In this document: positions 15,019-23,152 of the stretch, in pieces
How the letters are laid out: each line of letters opens with the position of its first letter
Position numbering within the stretch: position 1 is the first letter of the stretch
Source of the DNA: an uncultured Anaerolineaceae bacterium
Lineage (GTDB): Bacteria > Chloroflexota > Anaerolineae > Anaerolineales > E44-bin32
Assembly (NCBI GenBank): GCA_964359225.1
Contig: CAYHSI010000002.1
Span: 1-35,804, forward strand
DNA length: 35,804 nt
Direction: 5' to 3'
Translations under genes and position numbers: made by a program
Notes under the pieces: generated by a model
Database searches by the model: none
Seen by the model: only the letters and a program-made list of their open reading frames with translations
What the model was told of the DNA's origin: nothing

Positions 15019-17103
15019 ATGCATCAGAGAAGCACTGTCCCGGTCTGGCGAGTGCAGCTCACCCTGCTGGCTGTGGGGATCTTGCTGCTGGTGTTCGTCG
15101 CCCGGTTGTTCAACTTGCAAATCCTCCAGGAAGAGACCTATTCGAGGCGGGCGGACGACAACCGCTTCGACCGGATCAGCATCCCGGCCGCCCGTGGCGT
15201 GGTCTACGACGCCAATGGGTCGCAGCTGGTGCGAAACCTGCCGTCCTTCAACGTGTACATCACTCCGGCGAGCCTGCCTGATTCGGAGGCCGAGATCGAA
15301 GCCATCTACCGCAAGCTCTCCGAGATCACCGGAGTGCCGCTGGATCTGGAGGGCCCGCCAGCGGCGGCTTGCGTCGCCGGTCGCGGGATCCGCCAGCTGG
15401 TGGAAGAGGGCCTCACCAATCGCCCGTTCGATCCGTGGCCGGTCGCCTGCGACATCGACGACATGACTGCCCGAATACTGCTCCAGCAGCAAATCGACAT
15501 GCCGGGGGTGACAGTCGAGGCGGTTCCGGTCCGGCAATACCCGACCGGGATCCTGACCTCTGCCGTCATCGGCTACCTGGGCCCCATCCCGGCCGCCGAG
15601 GTCGATTTCTGGGAAAGCCTGGGGTTCGTCGCCGACCGAGACAAGGTCGGCTACGGCGGGATTGAATTCGCCTATCAGGATATCTTGGCCGGCACAAACG
15701 GCCTGAAGCTGGTCGAGAAGGATGTGGCCGGCTCACAGTTGCACGAAGTGGGGGCGGGTAATCCGCCGGTGCCCGGCAGCAGCCTGTTGTTAACCATCGA
15801 TACCCGGCTGCAGGCGATCGCGACCAGTGCTCTGGAGAATAGGATGGAGTTTCTCAATCGCGTCGCCGGCGACGTGAAGACCACCATCGGTGCGGTGATT
15901 GCCATGAATCCTCAGACGGGCGAGATCTTAGCGATGGTGTCGATTCCGAGCTACGAGAACAACCGCCTGGCCCGCTTCATTCCCGAGTACTACTTCCGCC
16001 AGCTCTCGGAGGACGCCAGCAAGCCGCTCACCAATCAGGCGATCCAGTCGAGCTATCCGCCCGGATCCTCCTTCAAAATGGTCACTGCCCTTGGAGCGCT
16101 GAACGAAGGAATCATCGACCCGAATCGCACGCTGTTCGATCCCGGACTGATCACGATTCAGAACCAGTACTTCCCGAACGACCCGGGCCTGGCGAAAGAC
16201 TTTGTGTGCTGGAAGGAGGACGGGCACGGAAACATTAACTTCGTGCAGGCCATCGCCTTCTCGTGCAATGTCTATTTCTACAAGATCGGCGGGGGTTTCG
16301 AGGACGAGGTGATCGGGGATGGCCTCGGGATCCATAACCTGAATATCTATGCCCGCGCCCTCGGATACGGGAATCTGCTTGGAATCGATCTCCCAGGCGA
16401 GGAAGACGGCCTCATACCCAATCCGGATTGGAAGCGGTTGAATCGGGGAGAAAGCTGGTCGACCGGCGACACATACATCAGCGTCGTCGGACAAGGATTC
16501 GTCGGAGCGACCCCGCTTCAGGTTCTCACCTCGATAGCCACGCTCGCCAACGGCGGCAGAGTCATGTGGCCGCATCTGGTTCGGGATGTCTTGGACGGCG
16601 AGGGCAATCTCGTCCAGCGCTACGAGCCGTGTGTTCTGTGGGACATTGGCGACAGCGTGCGGATCCCTCCCTCGGGAATCGCCGCCGACTGCCCAAGCCT
16701 GGATCCGGAGGTCCGGGAACAGATCATCGCAGAGCACCCCGAGTCGCCCGACATCTTGCTGCGCCCGGGGGTGCTGGATCTGGTCCAGGAGGGAATGCGA
16801 CTCGTGGTTGAGGATGACGAAGGAACGGCCCACGACTATGCGCAGCTAGAGGGGATCTCTTCCGGCGGGAAGACCGGCACCGGCGAATTCTGCGACGATA
16901 CCGCCTTCCGCCGCGGCCTCTGCATCCCCGGGAACTGGCCCACCCACTCCTGGTACACGGCATTCGCTCCCTTTGAGAACCCCGAAATCGTGGTCGTGGC
17001 TTTCGTGTACAACGGTGGCGAGGGAGCGGTCACTTCCGGCCCGATCGTCCAGCAGGTGTTGGAAGCTTATTTCCAGCTCAAGGCGATCGACGCCGCCGGT
17101 TGA
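15019..17103 (+). CDS. mrdA: Penicillin-binding protein 2 (elongasome class B transpeptidase)
   Basis: 694 aa. N-terminal TM, PBP dimerisation domain, transpeptidase motifs SSFK (PGSSFKMVTA) and KTGT (GGKTGTGEF). Sits in the mre/rodA context. Confidence 0.9.
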   Translation: MHQRSTVPVWRVQLTLLAVGILLLVFVARLFNLQILQEETYSRRADDNRFDRISIPAARGVVYDANGSQLVRNLPSFNVYITPASLPDSEAEIEAIYRKLSEITGVPLDLEGPPAAACVAGRGIRQLVEEGLTNRPFDPWPVACDIDDMTARILLQQQIDMPGVTVEAVPVRQYPTGILTSAVIGYLGPIPAAEVDFWESLGFVADRDKVGYGGIEFAYQDILAGTNGLKLVEKDVAGSQLHEVGAGNPPVPGSSLLLTIDTRLQAIATSALENRMEFLNRVAGDVKTTIGAVIAMNPQTGEILAMVSIPSYENNRLARFIPEYYFRQLSEDASKPLTNQAIQSSYPPGSSFKMVTALGALNEGIIDPNRTLFDPGLITIQNQYFPNDPGLAKDFVCWKEDGHGNINFVQAIAFSCNVYFYKIGGGFEDEVIGDGLGIHNLNIYARALGYGNLLGIDLPGEEDGLIPNPDWKRLNRGESWSTGDTYISVVGQGFVGATPLQVLTSIATLANGGRVMWPHLVRDVLDGEGNLVQRYEPCVLWDIGDSVRIPPSGIAADCPSLDPEVREQIIAEHPESPDILLRPGVLDLVQEGMRLVVEDDEGTAHDYAQLEGISSGGKTGTGEFCDDTAFRRGLCIPGNWPTHSWYTAFAPFENPEIVVVAFVYNGGEGAVTSGPIVQQVLEAYFQLKAIDAAG

Positions 17104-17840
17104 GCGCCACCCCGACTGGCGCCAGAGTCCCCTGGATGCTAAAATCGCCGCCCGTTACCACAATGGGCAGCTCGCTCGCGCTCAAAGGCATCGGCGATGG
17201 ATTGCTGGTGACGGTCCCCGAAGGCGACTGGCACATCGTCCGGCCGTCCCTGCTGCAGGCGATCGACGACCGCGCCGATTTCTTTCGCGGGGCACGCCTG
17301 GTGCTTCAAGTGGCAGATCGCGACCTAGGGGCTGCGGAGCTCGGCGGGTTGCGGGACGAACTGCAACAACGGGAGGTGGCCCTGGCGGCGATCCTCAGCT
17401 CCTCCGCCGGGACCCGTTCGGCCGGAGCCAATCTTGGCCTGGCGCTCGAAATCCCCCGGCCGGAGCTCGGCGAGAACGGTGATCGCGAGCCGGGTTCTTT
17501 TGAGCTCGAGGGGGACCAGGCCGTACTGATCGAGCGGACTCTTCGGTCCGGCCAGAAAATCAGGCACCCCGGCCATGTGGTGATTTTGGGAGACGTCAAT
17601 CCCGGGGCGGAGGTCATCGCCGGCGGGAATGTGGTGGTGTGGGGCAAGCTGAGAGGGGTCGTGCACGCCGGCGCCACCGGCAACGAGCGATCAGTGGTTT
17701 GTGCGCTGGACCTGTCGCCCACTCAGCTTCGGATCGCCAGTCACATCAGCATCTCACCGGATCGCAGGGGAAATCCGCGGCCTGAGAAGGCCTTCGTGAA
17801 GGACGGAAGCCTGGTAGCAGAAGCCTGGAAGACGAACTGA
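17100..17840 (+). CDS. minC: Septum site-determining protein MinC
   Basis: N-terminal LALKGIGDGLLVTV. C-terminal beta-helix repeat (GHVVILGDVNPGAEVIAGGNVVVWGKLRGVVHAG) typical of MinC. Start uncertain: TTG at 17100 (TTGA overlap with mrdA), or ATG at 17136 or 17163. Confidence 0.8.
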   Translation: MSATPTGARVPWMLKSPPVTTMGSSLALKGIGDGLLVTVPEGDWHIVRPSLLQAIDDRADFFRGARLVLQVADRDLGAAELGGLRDELQQREVALAAILSSSAGTRSAGANLGLALEIPRPELGENGDREPGSFELEGDQAVLIERTLRSGQKIRHPGHVVILGDVNPGAEVIAGGNVVVWGKLRGVVHAGATGNERSVVCALDLSPTQLRIASHISISPDRRGNPRPEKAFVKDGSLVAEAWKTN

Positions 17841-17861
17841 ACAGGAGGGAGTGAGGCAAGG

Positions 17862-18671
17862 ATGGGCGCAAAGGTCGTAACCGTGACCTCAGGGAAGGGC
17901 GGAGTCGGCAAGACGACCACTACTGCGAACATCGCGGTAGCCTTGGCCGCGGCCGGGCATCGGGTGGTGTGCATCGATGCTGATATCGGGTTGAGGAATT
18001 TAGATTTGGTGATGGGTCTAGAAAATCGAATCGTGTACGATCTGGTAGACGTCGTGGAAGGGCGCTGCAAGCTGCGGCAGGCCATGATCAAGGACAAGCG
18101 GGTACCCAATCTGTACCTGATCCCGGCGGCCCAGACCCGCGACAAGACCGCCATCACGCCGGAGGATATGATCGAAGTGACCGCTCAACTCCGGCGGGAC
18201 CACGATTGGATCTTGATCGACTCTCCGGCCGGGATCGAGGGCGGGTTCCGCACCGCATTGGCCCCGGCCGACATCGTGTTGATCGTCACGAATCCGGAGG
18301 TCTCTGCGGTGCGGGATGCCGACCGGATCATCGGGCTGACCGAGGCCGAGGAAAAGGATCCTCCTAAGCTGATCTTGAATCGGGTCAGACCGGACATGAT
18401 ACGCCGCGGCGAGATGCTCAAAGCGGAAGATGTGCTTGAGGTACTGGCCATCGAACTGATCGGAATAGTCCCCGAGGACGAGCAGGTCTTGACCGCCTCC
18501 AACCGAGGTACCCCGCTTGCGCTCGACGGACGCAGCCGGGCCGGTCGGGCATTTCAGGCCATCGCCCGGCGCCTGACGGGAGAGACAGTTCCGCTGGAGG
18601 AGCTCGCGGCCGAGGATGGATTCCTGCGGCGCCTATCCCGCAAAGTACGGACGGGAGGACAGCCGGCATGA
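17862..18671 (+). CDS. minD: Septum site-determining ATPase MinD
   Basis: 269 aa. Deviant Walker A SGKGGVGKTT, DADIGLRNLD, DSPAGIE. GGAGGGAG Shine-Dalgarno upstream. Confidence 0.95.
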   Translation: MGAKVVTVTSGKGGVGKTTTTANIAVALAAAGHRVVCIDADIGLRNLDLVMGLENRIVYDLVDVVEGRCKLRQAMIKDKRVPNLYLIPAAQTRDKTAITPEDMIEVTAQLRRDHDWILIDSPAGIEGGFRTALAPADIVLIVTNPEVSAVRDADRIIGLTEAEEKDPPKLILNRVRPDMIRRGEMLKAEDVLEVLAIELIGIVPEDEQVLTASNRGTPLALDGRSRAGRAFQAIARRLTGETVPLEELAAEDGFLRRLSRKVRTGGQPA

Positions 18672-18928
18672 TCCTACAATGGTTACGCGGACGAGAGCGT
18701 GGCTCGGCGCGCACGGCGAAGGAGCGGCTACAGTTCGTGCTTGTCCACGATCGAGCCGGACTGAGTGCCACCACCCTCGAGGCACTGAAAGATGAATTGA
18801 TCGCCGCCATCTCCCGCCATGTGGAGATCGATCGAGAGGGAGTTTCCGTCTCGCTCACCAAGGATCGCCGGCGCCAGCGCTTGGTCGCCGACATCCCGCT
18901 GGCAGAGCGGAGGACCGCCGCACACTAG
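18668..18928 (+). CDS. minE: Cell division topological specificity factor MinE
   Basis: 86 aa. ATGA overlap with minD. SARTAKERLQFVLVHDR is typical of MinE. Confidence 0.9.
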   Translation: MILQWLRGRERGSARTAKERLQFVLVHDRAGLSATTLEALKDELIAAISRHVEIDREGVSVSLTKDRRRQRLVADIPLAERRTAAH

Positions 18929-18931
18929 CGG

Positions 18932-20086
18932 ATGCAAGCTTCGGCACGGATCTGGCGCCACTTCGACACCTGGCTTCTCGGGGCGGTCGGTGTACTGACG
19001 ATCGCCGGGGTTGCCTTGATTCGATCGGCGGTTGCCGGAAACCCGGAGCTCATCGAACTGAACGTAGTCGGTCGCCAGGCGGTCTACGGCCTGGTAAGCC
19101 TGGTCGTCTTGTTTGCGGTCGCGGCGATCGACTACCGGCTCTGGTCTGCGCTTTCCAGGCTCTTGTACGGATTCATGGTGCTGCTGCTTGGCCTGATCCC
19201 AATCGCAGGCGTGGCCGGGTTCGGCGCGGCACGCTGGTTCGAGATCGCCACCCTCACCGTTCAGCCCTCCGAACTGGCCAAGATTCTGACAATCCTGGTG
19301 CTGGCCGATTACCTGGGTCGCAATCGTCCAGAGACGCTCGGCACCCTGCTCAAGAGCTTTGCCCTGGTTGGGCTTCCGGCAGTGCTGATCCTTGGCCAGC
19401 CAGATCTGAGCACGGCAGTCGTCCTACTGGTGATCTGGCTCGCAATGGTCTGGGCGGCCGGCGCTCGGCTGCGATACCTGGTGATCATCCTGGGGCTGAT
19501 TGCGCTGGCCGCGCTGCTGGTTGCCCCGCTGCTGGCTCAATACTTCCTGGAAGGCTACCCACAAGGTGAAGATTTCCTCTTCGTGCGGAACTATCAGATG
19601 ACCCGAGTCATTAATTTCCTCTTCCCGCACCCCGAAGAGAGTTTCGGGGCCAGCTACAACGTCGAACAAGCCTTGATCTCGATCGGGTCTGGGGGATTGC
19701 TCGGAGAGGGATACGGCAACGGGACTCAGGTTCAGCTGCGGTTCCTCAAAGTTCGCCACACCGACTTCCTCTTCTCCTCGATGTCTCAGGAGTTTGGCTT
19801 CGTGGGGGCGACCGTGACCGTACTGCTGCTGATGTTTGTCGTATTCCGCTGCCTGCGGGCCACCCGACTCGCGCGGGATCGGTACGGCTCGCTGATCTGT
19901 TACGGAGTCGCGATCTTGCTGCTCTTCCAGGCCTCCTTCAATGTCGGGATGAACCTGAACCTGCTGCCCGTCTCCGGGTTGCCCCTGCCCTTTCTGTCCT
20001 ACGGGGGATCCTCCCTGCTGACCAGCCTGCTCGGGATCGGTCTGGTTGAGAGTGTGATGCTGCGCCACAAACGGATCGAGCTCTAG
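18932..20086 (+). CDS. rodA: SEDS-family peptidoglycan polymerase RodA (FtsW/RodA/SpoVE family)
   Basis: 384 aa, about 10 TM helices. Motifs: QPSELAKI, HTDFLFS, GLPLPFLSYGGSS. Assigned as RodA rather than FtsW from the mre/mrdA context. Confidence 0.8.
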   Translation: MQASARIWRHFDTWLLGAVGVLTIAGVALIRSAVAGNPELIELNVVGRQAVYGLVSLVVLFAVAAIDYRLWSALSRLLYGFMVLLLGLIPIAGVAGFGAARWFEIATLTVQPSELAKILTILVLADYLGRNRPETLGTLLKSFALVGLPAVLILGQPDLSTAVVLLVIWLAMVWAAGARLRYLVIILGLIALAALLVAPLLAQYFLEGYPQGEDFLFVRNYQMTRVINFLFPHPEESFGASYNVEQALISIGSGGLLGEGYGNGTQVQLRFLKVRHTDFLFSSMSQEFGFVGATVTVLLLMFVVFRCLRATRLARDRYGSLICYGVAILLLFQASFNVGMNLNLLPVSGLPLPFLSYGGSSLLTSLLGIGLVESVMLRHKRIEL

Positions 20087-20114
20087 CCGACCCGCCGATT
20101 CCTGATCCAGTCAA

Positions 20115-21596
20115 ATGACTGAAACGACGCCGGCCCGGGTCCGTTACGCGCCCTCACCCACCGGGCGGTTTCACATTGGTGGAGCCCGGACCGCCCTGTA
20201 CAACTATCTGCTGGCTCGTCAAACCGGCGGACAATTCATCATTCGAATTGAAGATACTGATCGGAAACGGTTCGTTCCCGGTTCCGAGGACGAAGTCCTT
20301 GAGTCGCTCGACTGGCTCGGACTGCGCTGGGACGAAGGTCCCGACCTCGGAGGAACGTATGGTCCCTATCGGCAATCTGAGCGAGTCGAACTGTACCGGC
20401 AGCATGCTGAGCAGTTGGTTGAGGGCGGCTTCGCCTACTTCTGTTTCTGCTCCCCCGAACGATTGAGTACCCTGCGCCAAGAACAGGAGCGTCGAAAACA
20501 ACCACCGCACTACGACCGGCTCTGCCGTCGGCTGGCGGTCTCGGAGGCTGCGGCCCGGGTCCAGGCCGGCGAATCGCACGTGGTCCGATTGAAGGTTCCG
20601 GAAAGCGGGCGAACCATTGCAGTCGACCGACTGCGGGGCGAGATCCAGGTCGAGAACTCGAGCCTGGACGACGCCATACTGCTCAAGTCCGATGGACTTC
20701 CGGTTTACCATTTAGCTGCCATGGTGGATGACCGATTGATGGGCATCACCCACGTGCTGCGCAGTTCGGAGTGGCTGCCGACGTTGCCGCTCCACGTGCT
20801 CATCTACCAGGCCTTCGGCTGGGAGCAGCCGGTCTGGGTGCACCTTTCCGTTTTCCTGAGCCCTTCCGGCAAAGGAAAGATGAGCAAACGGGATTCCGTG
20901 AGTGGAGCTAGCTCAATTTACCCGCTGGACCTGCGTGAGCAGGGCTACGTCCCAGAAGCCGTCTTGAATTGGCTGGCACTGATGGGATGGTCATACGACG
21001 ATCGGACTGAGGTCTTTGACCTGGCGGACCTGATTCAACGGTTCAGTCTGGATCGGTTAAACCCAAGCCCGGCAGCGGTGAACTACAGCAAGCTCGACCA
21101 CTTCAACGGGATCCACATTCGCAGCCTCCCGCCCGGCGAACTGGCCCGCAGGCTGGTGACCGTCTTTGTGCGGCACGGGCTGGCAGCCAACGAGACCGAC
21201 TTGATCTCGCTGGTTCCCTTGATCCGAGAGCGGATTCGGACCCTGGATGAGGCGGTGGAGATGGCCGGATTCATGTTCCGCGACCCGGTCTCCCCTGCTC
21301 CGGCGGATCTGATCGGGGAAGGCATGACTGCAGACGCCTCCCAGGCCGCGCTGCGGCGGGCCCAGCAGGTCATCTTGGATCGCGAGCGGCTGGAAGTCAA
21401 AAGCCTGGAAGCCGAGCTACGCGGGCTGGCAGCAGAACTCGGACTGAAAGTAGGTCAGCTCTTCACCGTATTGAGAATCGCAGTGACCGGACAGCGGGTG
21501 AGTCCGCCGCTGATCGAAACGATGGTGCTGCTTGGAAAGGAGCAGGTGCTCGAACGGCTCGGGCGGGCCGTCGAGCTGCTGGCGGCCGCCGACTGA
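20115..21596 (+). CDS. gltX: Glutamyl-tRNA synthetase
   Basis: 493 aa. RYAPSPTGRFHIGGARTALYNY (HIGH region) and KMSKR (KMSKS motif). Confidence 0.95.
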   Translation: MTETTPARVRYAPSPTGRFHIGGARTALYNYLLARQTGGQFIIRIEDTDRKRFVPGSEDEVLESLDWLGLRWDEGPDLGGTYGPYRQSERVELYRQHAEQLVEGGFAYFCFCSPERLSTLRQEQERRKQPPHYDRLCRRLAVSEAAARVQAGESHVVRLKVPESGRTIAVDRLRGEIQVENSSLDDAILLKSDGLPVYHLAAMVDDRLMGITHVLRSSEWLPTLPLHVLIYQAFGWEQPVWVHLSVFLSPSGKGKMSKRDSVSGASSIYPLDLREQGYVPEAVLNWLALMGWSYDDRTEVFDLADLIQRFSLDRLNPSPAAVNYSKLDHFNGIHIRSLPPGELARRLVTVFVRHGLAANETDLISLVPLIRERIRTLDEAVEMAGFMFRDPVSPAPADLIGEGMTADASQAALRRAQQVILDRERLEVKSLEAELRGLAAELGLKVGQLFTVLRIAVTGQRVSPPLIETMVLLGKEQVLERLGRAVELLAAAD

Positions 21597-21632
21597 GGCT
21601 CTCACTCGCCGATAGGGCCGACCCAACCCCCA

Positions 21633-21641
21633 TGATACAAT
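21633..21641 (+). promoter_or_regulatory. Extended -10 promoter element upstream of tRNA-Gln
   Basis: TGaTACAAT, ending 11 nt before the mature tRNA 5' end. No clear -35. Confidence 0.35.
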
Positions 21642-21652
21642 CGCCGCCGCAC

Positions 21653-21723
21653 TGGGGGTTCGTCTAGCGGTAGGACACCGGGCTCTGAACCCGTGAACCG
21701 AGGTTCGAATCCTCGACCCCCAG
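21653..21723 (+). tRNA. tRNA-Gln (anticodon CUG)
   Basis: Cloverleaf folded by eye: acceptor UGGGGGU/ACCCCCA (U1-A72 as in bacterial tRNA-Gln), D arm GUCU/GGAC, anticodon loop CU-CUG-AA, T arm CGAGG-UUCGAAU-CCUCG, discriminator G. Close to E. coli tRNA-Gln2. Followed by CC; the terminal A is not encoded. Confidence 0.9.
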
Positions 21724-21748
21724 CCTCGGGCACAGTGCCAAAGCTGAG

Positions 21749-22841
21749 ATGCAAGATCTGATCGACGCGCTTGAGACCAGCCGGGCCCGCATCCAGGAAC
21801 TCCTGGTGCGTCTTTGATTTCCCCAAACTAGAAAAGGAACTCAGCGAGTTGGAACGGGTAGTCGCGGATCCCCAACTCTGGCAGGATTCGGACGGTGCCC
21901 AGGTCAAAATGAAACGGCTGGCGCGGCTGCGTCAGGAGGTTGAGAGCTGGCGCGCCCTGCGGCAGCGGATTCTGGATGCCGTAGAGCTTGCCGAGCTCGG
22001 TGACGAATCGCTGCGCGAGGATATCGGGTCGGAGCTCGAAGCGGTCGACAGCGAGTTGGACGACCGGGAGCTGGCGACCTCGCTCTCAGGCAAGTATGAC
22101 GCCGACGACGCAATCCTCTCGGTCCACGCCGGCGCGGGGGGAACTGACTCTCAGGACTGGGCTCAGATGTTGGAGCGGATGTACTTGCGCTGGTGCGAGC
22201 GCCGCGGATTCGGCGCCGAGATCCTCGATCGCAGCCCAGGCGAAGAGGCGGGGATCAAGAGCGTGACCATCGCGGTAGACGGCGAGTACGCCTACGGATA
22301 TCTGCGGGCCGAACGGGGTGTCCATCGGCTGGTCCGGATTTCGCCGTTTGATTCCGGAAATCGTCGCCACACTTCCTTTGCACTGACGGAGGTCTATCCT
22401 CAGGTCGAAACGGAGACCGAAATCAAGATCGATCCGAAGGACATCAAGGTCGACACTTTTCTGTCGGCAGGTGCTGGCGGGCAGAACGTCCAGAAGAACG
22501 AGACCGCGATTCGCATCAAGCACTTGCCCAGCGGGGTGGTGGTGACCAGTCAGAACGAACGATCACAGTCCCAGAACAGAGAGAACGCCATGCGAGTGCT
22601 GCGGGCGAAGCTGCTCGACCTCGAGCGCCAGAAGCGCGATGAACAACTGGCGGCGATCAAAGGCCAGCACGTCAGTGCCGAATGGGGAAGCCAAATCCGG
22701 TCCTACGTGCTCCACCCCTACCAGCTGGTCAAGGACCATCGGACCGGCCTCGAACTCGGCAACCCAGCAGCCGTCCTGGATGGAGACCTTGACGAGCTGA
22801 TCAACGCCTATCTGAAGACCCAAACCGTCGCTCCAGGCTAA
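21749..22841 (+). CDS. prfB: Peptide chain release factor 2 (requires programmed +1 frameshift)
   Basis: Frame 0: ATG at 21749, 22 codons (MQDLIDALETSRARIQELLVRL), then an in-frame TGA. Frame +1 continues DFPKLEKELSELE... with the SPF and GGQ motifs (ISPFDS, GAGGQNVQK). Confidence 0.9.
21812..21818 (+). other. prfB +1 ribosomal frameshift site CUU UGA U
   Basis: CTT-TGA-T at 21812-21818. An SD-like GGUG lies 3 nt upstream, the same spacing as the E. coli prfB recoding site. Confidence 0.85.
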
Positions 22842-22877
22842 CAGCCCCCCTGCTTACCGGCCTGCACCCCCTCACTA

Positions 22878-22886
22878 TGCTATAAT
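22878..22886 (+). promoter_or_regulatory. Extended -10 promoter element upstream of secG
   Basis: TGcTATAAT, 24 nt before the secG ATG. No clear -35. Confidence 0.35.
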
Positions 22887-22909
22887 CCGCCGCCGGTAGT
22901 AGCGGCTCC

Positions 22910-23137
22910 ATGTCGACTTATCTAAACCTCGCGCTAGTCATCGTTTCAATCGGATTGATCGTGCTGGTGCTGCTGCAGAGCAAGGGCGCCGGGCTTGGGG
23001 GCCTCGGGGGCGGCGATTTCGGCGGCAGCGGATATCACGTGCGGCGTGGGGTTGAGCGTCTGGTGTTCAACCTTACCATCGTTCTCAGCGTCCTCTTCTT
23101 CCTGCTAGCTCTCCTCAACGTCATTCTGGCCGGCTAG
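22910..23137 (+). CDS. secG: Preprotein translocase subunit SecG
   Basis: 75 aa, two TM helices. LVLLQSKGAGLGGLGGG is typical of SecG. Confidence 0.85.
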   Translation: MSTYLNLALVIVSIGLIVLVLLQSKGAGLGGLGGGDFGGSGYHVRRGVERLVFNLTIVLSVLFFLLALLNVILAG

Positions 23138-23152
23138 GTCCGGCTCGTCATC

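Noticed and set aside
15928-16833. 301-aa ORF on the minus strand
   Set aside because: It is antisense to mrdA (PBP2), which has clear SxxK/KTG motifs. There is no independent support.
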